A stretch of 64,000 nt of DNA, from the NCBI RefSeq assembly GCF_006345805.1, contig NC_043000.1, forward strand, positions 13,144,001 to 13,208,000, in the 5' to 3' direction. This DNA is from Octopus sinensis (Eukaryota). Below are positions 12,011 through 24,503 of the stretch, one piece after another. Position numbers and translations under genes: made by a program. The notes beneath the pieces are model-generated. The model was not told where the DNA came from, did no database searches, and was given only the letters and a program-made list of their open reading frames with translations. The first letter of the stretch is position 1, and each line of letters starts with the position of its first letter.

Positions 12011-12371
12011 GACCCGAGAGTATTGCAGAAGACACTTGCCCAAGGTGCCACGCAGTGGGACTGAACTCGGGACCATGTGGTTGGTAAGGAAGCTACTTAT
12101 ATATACATATGTTTGCGTAGTGTGTGTCTGTGTTTGTCCCTCACCACCGATTGACAACCGGCGTTGGTGTGTTTACGTGCCCGTAACTTAGCGGTTCGAC
12201 AATAAGGGCCCGATAGAATACTAGGCTTTAAAAAATAAGCCCTGGAGTTGATTCGTTCGACTAAAAACCCTCTCTCTCTCTCTCTCTTTCTCTCTCTTTC
12301 TCTTTCTCTCTCTCTTTCTCTCTCTCTGTTTCTCTGTTTCTCTCTCAGTCTCTCTCTGTCTCTCTATGTAA

Positions 12372-12402
<31 letters not shown>

Positions 12403-12583
12403 GATAGATAGATATAGATAGATGTGGCTGTGTGGTAAGAAGCTTGCTTCCCAATCACATGGTTCCCGGGTTCAAGTCCCACAGCATGGCACCTTGGACA
12501 AGTGCCCCAGCATAGCCGCAATCAAATGACTGAAGCAAGTAAAAAAGCTCGATCGATAGATAGATAGATAGATAGATAGACAT

Positions 12584-12636
<53 letters not shown>

Positions 12637-13038
12637 GACGTTTTTCAATCCCTTTCTCTCTCTCATCTTTCTTTCTTTCTTTCTAGTTTCATTCTTCTCT
12701 TCCTACCTCTGTTCTTTCCTTTCTCTTCCTCTCTCTCTCTCTCTCTCATGCTTCCCTTCCTTCCACTTCCCCATCTTCACCACCCCCACTGCTGGTTTAT
12801 GAAAATATTTACAAGCTAGCGAAAAGACGCCTCAATTGTATTCTATACACTCCCAATCCCTCCCTCCTCCTACGATCCTGCACGTCAATCACATCCTATT
12901 CATACCTCCTCCTACCCCTGCACAACTCACTACGTCGGCTCACCCATTCGATTTCTTTTCGAATCTCTATGCAGTGTGTTGTTTCGGTGTAGATGTATGC
13001 GTGTATGTGTACATACGTTTAAAAAGACATACGTATAT

Positions 13039-13084
<46 letters not shown>

Positions 13085-13149
13085 TGTGAGTGTGTGTGCG
13101 CGGGTGCGTGGGTGCATAGGTGTGTATGTGTGAATTTTATACATGATAG

Positions 13150-13188
<39 letters not shown>

Positions 13189-13233
13189 CAAAGTGGAGTT
13201 GTGGGGTACCGCACGAGTGGAATTATATACGAA

Positions 13234-13646
13234 AGGTTTGAAAATGCAATTTAAAAGTTGTTTATTTACTTTACCGGTTTCACTCTTTGGAAAAAGATTG
13301 TCAAAAGTAACATGTAGAAGTTTGGTTGCGTTAATTATTGGTTGTTGCAAATTGCTACATTACATATATACAGTCTTTGGTAACAGGGACATGTTAAGGA
13401 CATAAAAAAGTTCAACAAGTTCCTTAAAATATTGGATTTTGTGCCCAATATTTTAAGGAACTTGTTGAAATTTTTTATGTCCTTAACATGTCCCTGTTAC
13501 CAAAGACTGTATATATGTAATGTAGCAATTTGCAACAACCAATAATTAACGCAACCAAACTTCTACATGTTACTTTTGACAATCTTTTTCCAAAGAGTGA
13601 AACCGGTAAAATAAATAAACATCTTTTAAATTGCATTTTCAAACCT
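13234..13646. repeat. ~200-bp inverted repeat (fold-back) within a (TA)n-flanked insert
   Basis: Arms 13234-13435 and 13445-13646 are near-perfect reverse complements with a 9-nt spacer. Confidence 0.95.
13266..13310 (-). ncRNA. Type-I hammerhead variant (U3:A8 core); mirror copy at 13570-13614 (+)
   Basis: ttactt TTGACAA tcttt-ttcc-aaaga-gt GAAA ccgg TA^ aagtaa. Stem I 6 bp, palindromic stem III accggt, imperfect base of stem II. Confidence 0.55.
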
Positions 13647-13668
13647 AACCTTCTTTCGTATATATATA

Positions 13669-13755
<87 letters not shown>

Positions 13756-13759
13756 ATAT

Positions 13760-13986
13760 CTTTTAATCTTTTACTCTTTTACTTGTTTCAGTCATTTGAC
13801 TGCGGCCATGCTGGAGCACCGCCTTTTAATCGAGCAACTCGACCCCGGGACTTATTCTTTTTGTAAGCCCAGTACTTATTCTATCGGTCTCTTTTGCCGA
13901 ACTGCTAAGTAACGGGGACATAAACACACCAGCATCGGTTGTCAAGCAATGCTAGGGGGACAAACACAGACACACAAAGACACACA

Positions 13987-14046
<60 letters not shown>

Positions 14047-14478
14047 CATATATACAACAGGCTTCTTTCGGTTTCCGTCTACCAAATCCACTCACAAGGT
14101 TTGGTCGGCCCGAGGCTATAGTAGAAGACACTTGCCCAAGATGCCACGCAGTGGGACTGAACCCGGAACCATGTGGTTGGTTAGCAAGCTACTTACAACA
14201 CAGCCACTATATATATCTTTTACTCTTTTACTTGTTTCAGTCATTTGACTGCCGCCATGCTGGAGCACCGCCTTTAGTCGGGCATATATACACACATACA
14301 TATATGTATATATATATACGACGGGCTTCTTTCAGTTTCCGTCTACCGAACCCCCTCACAAGGCTTTGGTCGGCCCGAGGCTATAGTAGAGGACACTAGT
14401 CTAAGGTGCCACGCAGTGGGAACGAAACCGGAACCATGTGGTTGGTAAGCAAGCTTCTTACCACACAGCCACTCCTAC
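13760..14478 (-). mobile_element. Two adjacent SINE family A copies
   Basis: Copies at ~13760-14208 and ~14216-14478 (second internally deleted), matching 11396-11799. Confidence 0.85.
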
Positions 14479-14526
<48 letters not shown>

Positions 14527-14633
14527 TATATATGTATATATATAACATACATTGAAAAAGTCATACATATATTATGCGTGTGTGTGTGCGGGTGCATAGG
14601 CGTGTATGTGTATATTTTATACATGATAGCAAT

Positions 14634-14672
<39 letters not shown>

Positions 14673-14684
14673 ATGATATACTTG

Positions 14685-14998
14685 CTTACAGGTATACATA
14701 AAAGCATATATACACGCAGACCAACCAACCTACCAGCCTACATGCATAATACATATAATTGAACAATGACATACATATGCATATATGCGCGGAGAGGTGT
14801 GTAGACGCACATGAATGAGCCTAAATACACATTTACAAGAACAGACATGCATTTAAACGTACATACACTCACACGCACCCAGACGCCGACGTCTGTGTGT
14901 GGTGGTGGTGATGGTGGTGATGATGTGGGTGAGTGTATGCATTCTAGTCCGTGGGACAGTGTCACGATCATTGCGAGGTCGTTGACACTGTCCCAAAT
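14685..14998. repeat. Local ~270-bp duplication, copy 2, ending in a hairpin
   Basis: Matches 11071-11345; hairpin gggacagtgtca...tgacactgtccc at 14953-14994. Confidence 0.85.
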
Positions 14999-16295
14999 TA
15001 GCTGAAGCTAAAAGAAAAAAAAAAGAAATAGAGCAAATATGAAACTTGGGTCAAGAGAGAATATGGAGGAATATGGTTCGAATATTGGCCGCAGCGAACT
15101 CAACCGATGTCATATACAGTCACAAACGTGCGCGCAGACACACACATACGCACATACGTAGATACCCACACCCTCACGCACACACACATACACGCATGCA
15201 CACGCACTTATGCACGCACACATACACGTTGTGCGTTTGAACGTAGATGGTAATATGAACAAAATAAAAGAGAACTCAATATTTTAAAAAGTGTTAATAT
15301 CTAATATGTAGCGCTATGGCTCCAGCCTACAGCAATCCGTTAGACAGCGCCATCTCCTTTTCCACGGATATTCCTGAGATGAACTGGCTAGTGGGAGGTA
15401 TATGTCCCTCGGTCTGAATTTATTAGTCCAAGGTCGATATATTGTTGATATCTGGATTGCTTCGTACATGGAATTTCGGATGTTTACATTTTTTTCAGAT
15501 TGCTTCGGTAATTTTATTGAGGTTTAGCAAATATGAACTTGTTTTTATGGCGACAATGTGAAATTAGTTCTGATTTTTTGTTTAATGCAACAATAAAATA
15601 TTTCTCAGCATTGTAGACGCTATAGAAACTTGGAGCAGTGGTATAGTTGTTATAGAGTAGAGAACTTTAAAGTGTCACTATTGTAACATTTTATAGAGAA
15701 AAACTGGAAACAAAAATTAATTATAATACAACACTAGTTTAAAAAATTAATTTATGAGATCTGTGAGAGAAGGGAAGTATTTTTAAAGTAGCGTCAGTCA
15801 AATTAATGAAAAATCTGGGAAGTTTATAAAACCATTGAAAAGTCTGGAGAGGTTGGAAGGAGAGTCCTAAGTATGGTGGGAATCTGGTAAAAGAAGATTA
15901 ATTAGGTGAAGTACACAGAAAAGCAAGAGGAATGTGACAGGTGAGTGGTGCACGCGTTCGAGTGTAAAGTGTTTTCTGAGAAGTGTTTTCTGTTTCCTTC
16001 TGAGAAGGAAAAGGAAGACAAATGAACAAGAGAAGCGAAAATGAGATAAACGGTGCGAGTTCTGGGAGAGAAGAAAAACAAGACAGAAATAAAAGAATAA
16101 TTGGAAAAAGTTTATTCTGCAGATAAGAAGTGGGGTAACTTGAGGGTTTGGTATAAGTAAACACAGTACAGTTCTACTAAATCCCCTGGGACCTGGGAAA
16201 TCCCAGGTTATCAAAAATGCCGGTGTATTGGAACCCACTCTTATAAAAACAACGATATTATGTTGTTTTTTTCTAATGGGATTATCAAATATATA

Positions 16296-16895
16296 GGCGC
16301 AGGCGTGGCTGTGTAGTAAGAATCACATGGTTCCGGGTTCAGTCCCATTGCGTAGTACCTTGGGCAAATGTCTTCTGCTATAGCCTCGGGCCAACTAAAG
16401 CCTTGTGAGTGAATTTGGTAGACGGGAAATGAAAGAAGCCCGTCGTAAATGTATATATATATATATATATATATACTCTCTCTCTTTTTACTCTTTTAAT
16501 TGTTTCTGTCATTTGTCTGGGGCCATGCTGGAGCACCGCCTTTAGTCGAGCAACTCGACCCCGGGACTTATTTTTTTGTAAGCCCAGTACTTATTCTATC
16601 GGTTTCTTTTTGCCGAACCGCTAAGTGACGGGGACGTAGACACACCAGCATCGGTTGTCAAGCAATGCTAGGGGAACAAACACAGACACAAAAAACACAC
16701 ACACATACATATATATATATATACATATATATACGACAGGCTTCTTTCAGTTTCCGTCTACCAAATCCACTCACAAGGCATTGGTTGGTCCGGGGCTATA
16801 GCAGAAAACACTTACCCAAGATGCCACGCAATGGGACTGAACCCGGAACCATGTGGTTGGTTAGCAAGCTACTTACCACACAGCCACTCCTGCGC
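16296..16895. mobile_element. SINE family A: 5' half (+, ~16296-16450) and full copy (-, ~16480-16895)
   Basis: Family head and tail motifs in opposite orientations, separated by (TA)n. Confidence 0.85.
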
Positions 16896-16898
16896 ATA

Positions 16899-16932
<34 letters not shown>

Positions 16933-16976
16933 CTATATATATATACATATACATATACATATACATACATATACAT

Positions 16977-17007
<31 letters not shown>

Positions 17008-17082
17008 ATTAATATATATTATATTATATATAGATACATATACATACAGTATATATAATATATATATGTATATATATGTATA

Positions 17083-18129
17083 TACTAAGCAAATTAGGTT
17101 AGCAACGAATTGCCTCACCAACACACCGAATTTAGAAATAGCAGTCAAGAGAATAGCTATTCCTGTCTACTAAAAGGGAGATTCTCAGTAAAAACACAGC
17201 ACTTGAAAGGACAAACACAGACAGGTAAGAAAGAATGAAATGACGGCAATCTATCATACAATTTTAAGTTACCTACGGACGTACGTTTCGAAATCAAGTT
17301 TAGGAAAGCATAAATTAGAAAATTCTACCTTACCCAAACTTCTTTTCTCATCGGCGTAGGATATACACAATTATGAATAATTGTATATTAAATTTTGAGA
17401 TACTAGAAGGCATTATCTCAACTCAGTGAAAGAGCGAGCCAAAAGCATGACCAGTACCACGAAATTCAAAGTGTGAATGAAAGTTGTGTCACCAGCCCCC
17501 TTCCACCCGCGTGTAGCCAAGACAAGATGCTGTGGTCAATTTACTGGGATAAAATATGGTTATCAGTAACCTAAAGGGTGAAATTAATTAATTTGGAATA
17601 ATTATCAATTACACCAAGTAGATTTCGGCATGTAAAAGCCTCATTCGAGGAAAATTTAAGTAATACTAAGCAATTAGGGTTTAGCAACGAATTGCCTCAC
17701 CAACACACCGAATTTAGAAATAGCAGTCAAAGAGATATAGGCTATTCCTTTACTAAAAGGGAGATCTCAGTAAAAAGGGAGATCTCAGTAAAAACACAGC
17801 AATGAAAGGCAAACACAGACAGGTAAGAAAGAATGAAATGACGGCAATCTATCATACAATTTTAAGTTACCTACGGACGTACGTTTCGAAATAAGTTTTA
17901 GGAAAGCTAAGAATTTTCTAATTCTTATGCTTTCCTAAAACTTGATTTCGAAACGTACGTCCGTAGGTAACTTAAAATTGTATGATAGATTGCCGTCATT
18001 TCATTCTTTCTTACCTGTCTGTGTTTGCCTTTCAAGTGCTGTGTTTTTACTGAGATCTCCCTTTTAGTAGAAGGAATAGCTATATCTCTTTGACTGCTAT
18101 TTCTAAATTCGGTGTGTTGGTGAGGCAAT
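17083..18129. repeat. 581-bp-period direct duplication followed by a fold-back copy (PLE pLTR-like cassette)
   Basis: tactaagc...ttaggaaagc at 17083 and 17664; inverted arm 17920-18129 around a loop at 17916-17919; TA-rich flanks. Confidence 0.92.
17272..17360 (-). ncRNA. Type-I hammerhead (CCGAUGA core, long stem II)
   Basis: cctacg CCGATGA gaaa..aagttt...aaactt..tttc GAAA c-gtac-GTC^ cgtagg. Stem I 6 bp, palindromic stem III acgtacgt. Confidence 0.75.
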
Positions 18130-18598
18130 ATATATGTATATATATATAAAACAAGTCTTGACCACACTATTTAATTTACAAATGCAGATAATAGTAATTT
18201 AAGGTCACAGTCAGTTCAATCTGTCAGGCTACCAGAACTAACGGATGTGCTCCTGCAGGAAAAAGGAAAGTAAACTATGAATGTTAATCTTAATTTTAAT
18301 TTTAGTTTAATTTTATTTTATTAATAACTCTTTTCTCTCTACATATTCCATTATAGTACATATGTTTGATAAAGTTTATCAAAAACCGACGCATGTAAAG
18401 GGAAAATTAAAATGTACCAATTTCATTCTTGTTTTTCATATATATATTTAATTTTAATCTAATTAAATTCTATATCTTTGTGCAGCTGGGGATTGCTCTG
18501 CATTTTAAATTGGTGTAATGATTGCATTGTTCAATTAAATGGAGTTGCATGAAACGATCGTACTGCATTACCTCTGGATATCCTTGTTGCTTATTTTG

Positions 18599-18635
<37 letters not shown>

Positions 18636-18921
18636 CGAGAGAGACAGAGACAGAGACACGAGAGACAGAGAGAGACAGAGAGAGACAGAGAGAGATGGAG
18701 AGGGAGACAAAGAGAGATATAGATAGATAGATGTATGTGTGTGCGTGGGTGCTTGTGTCTCTGTCCTCCCTACTGCTCGGTAATCGGTGTTGATGTGTTT
18801 ACATCCCCGTAAGTTAGCATACGAGGTATAACAAAAAGTAAGTACTGGGGTCGATTAATTCGACAAAATGTTCGTCAAAGTGATGCCCTAGCATGGCTGT
18901 AGTCTAATGAATGAAACGAGT

Positions 18922-19304
18922 GGAAGCACTCCGTCGGTTACGACGAGGGTTCCGGTCGATCCGAATCAACGGAACAGCCTACTCGTGAAATTAACGTGTA
19001 AGTGGCTGAGCACTGCACAGACACGTGTACCCTTAACGTAGTTCTCGGGGATATTCAGCGTGACACAGAGAGTGACAAGGCCGGCCCTTTGAAATACAGG
19101 TACAACAGAAACAGGAAGTAAGAGTGAGAGGAAGTTGTGGTGAAAGAGTACAGCAGGGATCACCACCATCCCCTGCCGGAGCCTCGTGGAGCTTTTAGGT
19201 GTTTTCGCTCAATAAACACTCACAACGCCCGGTCTGGGAATCGAAACCGCGATCCTACGACCGCGAGTCCGCTGCCCTAACCACTGGGCCATTGCGCCTC
19301 CGCT
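18922..19304 (-). mobile_element. tRNA-derived SINE family C, full length, with 11-bp TSD
   Basis: Head ggaggcgcaatggcccagtggttagggcagcggactcgcggtc...ttcgattcccagacc; TSD atgaaacgagt at 18911-18921 and 19305-19315. Confidence 0.9.
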
Positions 19305-19489
19305 ATGAAACGAGTAAATGACTAAAGACGAGAGATATGTAAGTGTATTTCTGAACAGGCTTTGACATCATTTCGGAGGAGGAATTATGTTGACGAATAT
19401 GCTGCATTGTAAAGTTTGTAAACCACCCAACTATGAACATGAAAGTGAAAGTTTCAGATTATCTCAAGGCATTGGTCAACCCGGGGTTA

Positions 19490-19897
19490 TATATTCCTTC
19501 TTTTATTTCACTTGTTTCAGTCATTTGACTGCTGCCATGCTGGAGCACCGCCTTCAGTCAAGCAAATCGACCCCAGGAATTATTCTTTGTAAGCCTAGTA
19601 CTTATTCTATCGATCTCTTTAGCCGAACTGCTAAGTTACGGGGACGTAAACACACCAGCATCGGTTGTCAAGCGATGTTGGGGAGACAAACACAGACACA
19701 CAAACATATATACGCACATACATATATTTACGTATATACGACAGGCTTCCTTCAGTTTCCGTCTACCAAATCTACTCACAAGGCTTTTGTCAGCCGAGGC
19801 TATAGTAGAAGACACTTGCCCAAGGTGCCACGCAGTGGGACTGAACCCAGAGACATGTGGTTAGTAAGCAAGCTACTTACCACGTAGCCACTCCTAC
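19490..19897 (-). mobile_element. SINE family A
   Basis: Matches 11396-11799. Confidence 0.85.
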
Positions 19898-20719
19898 ACC
19901 TATATATAGTAGAAGACACTTGCTTAACTTGTTGCCCAGTGAGACTGAACCAGAAATCATTTAGTTGCAAACTAAGTTTCTTAACCACGCAACCATATTT
20001 GTGACAGCATAAAATAGAGCGTCTTCTTCTAGGTCACAATGCGCCCCACCCCACCTGACCGGAAATCGAAATCACGACTTAACTGTCGACAATCCAGTTG
20101 GTTAACCTTCAGAATTCGTGGAGGTAGTCTCATGTTTTTCCTACAGTACCACCTTCGAATAAATAGATATTAGATTTCTAAAAAAAATAATAATTAACGT
20201 AATATCATCTACTTATGATTTAATCATAACTAAATGAGAGCAACTTGATGTATTTTAGCCAAGATATTTTAATTAGTTAGAATTAATTACACACGTAGTG
20301 ATGAGAAAAATTCATTATTTCAGCGAGTAATTCTCAACAAAGGTATGGGAGAAAGCGGCGGAATCTAAATTAATTAAAATTAAATATAGAATGCGGCGGC
20401 GGTGGCGGTGGCGGCGGCGGCGGCGGTGGTGGTGGTGGTGGTGGTGGTGGTGATGGTAGTGGCAGTGGTGGTGGTATGTTGGCAGTGATTGTAGTAGTGG
20501 TGGTGGTGGTGGTGGAGAGGAGAATTTGGTGGTGGTGATGGTTGAGTGAGTTTGAGGCTTGGAAGTACAGAGAGCTCCTACTCAGTCGCTTGACATAGCA
20601 TAAGATACCAACTAAATCGCATCCTGCTGTCCCAGATGAATACAGATCCATTGGACATTGACATTAAAAGCGGACTGGATGATTGTAATTTGAATACTCT
20701 TGATTATAGTAATGTTCAA

Positions 20720-21185
20720 ATACGGCGACTGTCTGCGTTCTGAGTTCAAATTCTGCCGAGGTCGACTTTGCCCTTTCATCATTTCAGGGTTGATAAATTG
20801 AGTACCAGTTGCGTACTGGTGTCGATCTAATTGACCGGACCCCCTCCCCTAAAATTTCGGACCTTGTGCCTTGAGTAGAAAGAATGTTCAAAGGCGGCGA
20901 GCTGGCAGAAACGTTAGCACGCCGGGCGAAATGCTTGGCGGTATTTCGCCTGCCGTTACGTTCTGAGTTTAAATTCCGCCGAGGTCGGCTTAGCCTTTCA
21001 TCCTTTTGGGGTCGATAAATTAAGTACACACTGGGGTCGATGTAATCGACTTAATCGATTGTCTGTCCTTGTTTGTCCCCCTCTGTGTGTAGCCCCTTGT
21101 GGGTAGTAAAGAAATAGGCATTTCGTCTGTCTTTACATTCTGAGTTCAAATTCCGCCGAAGTCGACTTTGCCTTTCATCCTTTCG
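20720..21185 (+). mobile_element. Cluster of SINE family B copies (MetaSINE-like central domain)
   Basis: ggcggcgagctggcagaaacgttagc head and gtcgactttgcctttcatcctttcggggtcgataaattaagtacc core; about three nested or partial copies. Confidence 0.8.
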
Positions 21186-21193
21186 TATATGTT

Positions 21194-21226
<33 letters not shown>

Positions 21227-21449
21227 GTGTATGTATATGTTTATGTGTCTGTGTTTGTCCCCCCAACATCGCTTGACAACCAATGCTGGTGTGTTTACAT
21301 CTCCGTCAACTAGCGGTTCGGCTAGAGAGTCCGATAGAATAAGTACTAGGCTGACAAAGAATAAGTCCTGGGGGTCGATTTACTCTACTAAATGCGGTGC
21401 TCCAGCATGGCCGCAGTCAACTGACTGAAACAAATAAAAGTATTACAGA

Positions 21450-21485
<36 letters not shown>

Positions 21486-21660
21486 AGAAAGAGAAAGGGA
21501 GAGAGAGACAAAGAGATAGATAAATAGTTAAAGATGTGCGTGTGTGCGCGCGCGCGTGTGGGGTCTCTGTCCTTCCCACTGCTTGGTAACCGGTGTTGAT
21601 GTGTTTGCATCCCCGTAAGTCATTCCCTTAAGTCATCGTCACCGTCGTCGTCGTCCTGGT

Positions 21661-21800
21661 CCAGTGCTCCGCAACCTTTTTTCACTCGCGGTACACTTAT
21701 ATTCTTTTAAAAAATTCAGCGGCACTCCTGAAAGTATAGAGAAAAAAAAATATTCAGGTTACACTGCGGCACATCTAGCATCGTCTCGTGGCGCAGTAGT
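21661..21800. mobile_element. Possible hAT-type MITE end
   Basis: cagtgctccgcaaccttttt resembles Charlie-type TIRs; similar reverse motif at ~52620-52643. No paired TIR found. Confidence 0.35.
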
Positions 21801-22334
21801 CGTAGCAATCGTTGCAGTGTCGATCGTTGCTGTAGTCATCGTCGTCGTTGTCTTCTTCGTCATCGTGACCGCTATCCACTAGCGTAGCTAGGCGGCAGCA
21901 GTAGGGGCAGCACTCGTGGGTCTGCTGTAGGCAAATTGTGTTTTCTGTGAGATCCGGGGGCAGCAAACGAAAGGGCCACACCGGGTGGCACACACTCTAG
22001 CTACAATAGTGCCGCCAACGCTGCGGCCTTTTCCACACACACACCACCACCATAACCAGCACTATCACTACTACCATTATTAGTTTAGTGTCACTTAACC
22101 CCTACTGGAGAAGATTATAACGAGCCAGAAATGCATCCAGGGGTCCCACGGAAGGCGTCCCTGAAATGGTAATGCTGTAATTACATATTTTACCATAATC
22201 GAGAATTACCTTTAGAAGTTAAAATCTGTCACCAACATATTTGAACTAACCTAAAGTTTATTTCCAATTACTGCTTCGCGCTACAAATGTATACACACAT
22301 ACATACATACATACATACATTACATACATACATA

Positions 22335-22680
22335 AAAGGGGTAAAGACCCCCTTCGGTCATGAATGACCATGGGATTGCACCTAGAAAGTTACCCTCCTA
22401 GACACAAGTCCGGCAAGGTTGTTTATGGAAGACCAGCAGTCGCCCATGCATACCAGCCTCCCCTCTCCACGCCACCAGTGTTATCCAAGGGAAAGACAAA
22501 GGTCGATACAGCTTGGCACCTGTGACGTCGCAACTCATTTCTACAGCTGAGTGAACTGGAGCAACGTGAAATAAAGTGTCTTGCTCAAGAACACAACACG
22601 CAGCCCGGTCCGGGATTCGAGCTCACAACCTCACGATCATAAGCTCGACGCTCTAACCACTGAGCCATGCGTCTTCACAT
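22335..22680 (-). mobile_element. tRNA-derived CORE-like SINE family D
   Basis: Minus head gtgaagacgcatggctcagtggttagagcgtcgagc, core gttcttgagcaagacactttatttcacgttgctccag; same tail as 38408-38745. Confidence 0.85.
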
Positions 22681-22831
22681 ACATACATACGTACGTACAT
22701 ACATACATACATACATATATACATACATACATGCATACATACATATATACATACATACATAAATACATACATACATATATACATACATACATACATACAT
22801 ACATACATACAATACATACATACATAATACA

Positions 22832-22863
<32 letters not shown>

Positions 22864-23370
22864 CATACATACATATACATACATACATACATATACATAC
22901 ATACATACATACATACATACATACATACATACATACATACATACATACATACACATACATACATACATACATACATACATACATACATACATACATAAAT
23001 ACATACATACATACGTACGTACATACATACATACATACATACATACATACATACATACATACATACATACATAAATACATACATACATACATACATACAT
23101 ACATACATAAATACATACATACATAAATACATACATCCATACATACATACATACATACATACATACATACATACATACATACATACATACATACATTCAT
23201 ACATACGTACATACGTATATACATACATACATACATACGTACGTACATACATACATACATACATACATACATACATGCATACATACATACATACATGCAT
23301 GCATACATACATACATACATACATACATGCATACATACATACATACATACATACATACATACATACATAC
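22676..23370 (+). repeat. (TACA)n tetranucleotide tract, ~700 bp
   Basis: Continuous atacatac repeats; source of the MYVC and HTYI ORFs. Confidence 0.97.
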
Positions 23371-23574
23371 ATGCTGAACTTTAACCCCTACACATTTTTT
23401 TCTCCCCGTTTTTTTTCCGTTCTGTCCATTTTTTTCTTGTCAATCCTGTCTGTCTAAGAGCGTAGGCTCGAAACGTTAAAGACTTTTCCATTCTTCCTGG
23501 GCGTCAAATTAATACACCTGCTTGTTGTGCCCTTATCTGTCTTCGTCTTCTGTTTTCTGTGAATTTGAACTACA

Positions 23575-23631
<57 letters not shown>

Positions 23632-23677
23632 ACACACACGCATAACCATTCATACATGTTCGTATGTATGTATGTGT

Positions 23678-24124
23678 TTAGTTAGTTAGTTAGTTAATTT
23701 TTGGCTCAAAAAGCAAAAAGCAAGGCCATGTAGGGGGACATGGAGTTATGTACAGGGTGATGTTCATGTAAAGAGTTCAGGCCATTTGGGGTCAAGGGAG
23801 ACTTTGAACCGAGCGGTCGTCGGCATCTTCACCATCTCGTCCGGCAGCTTATTCTACGGATCCGCAACCTGGGCGGAGAAAGCCCCTCTCCTTCGATTGA
23901 GATGAAATCGTCGCAGATAGAGCTTTTCGGAATGACCCCGCAGCCCACGCTCTGGAGCAGGAGTGAAGAACAGCTCTTTCGAGAGGTTACACTTTCCGCT
24001 TATGATGTTGTGAGCAAGAATGAGATCACCACGGCGTCGTCGTTTTTCTAGAGAATAAAGGTCGAGCGTCTTCAGCCTTTCTTCATAAGACAAATTCTTG
24101 AGACCAAGAACCATGCGGGTAGCC
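23678..24124 (-). mobile_element. Second, shorter 5'-truncated copy of the CR1-clade LINE
   Basis: Same (TAAC)n tail and 3' UTR as 8793-9618; encodes ATRMVLGLKNLSYEERLKTLDLYSLEKRRRRGDLI. Confidence 0.9.
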
Positions 24125-24459
24125 ATATGTATTCTTTCAACCATGCAGTTGCGGTCATGTTGGAGCAACACTCAATTTGTATTGCATCAAGAGCTCTCTT
24201 CTATGGTTGGTTTCTTCTGGGTGATGGGATTTCATATCACTACCCTTGCGTGTGTTCTTGGTTGTATGAGGAAGAGACAAACATACATACAGGCATGCAT
24301 GCATACATACAAACATACGTACACACAAATGTATGTTCATACATACATACATTCATACATACATGCATACATACATACATTCATGCATGAATGCATACAT
24401 ACATAAATATATATATATATATACATACACACATCCATACATGCTTGTATGCATGTATG

Positions 24460-24503
<44 letters not shown>

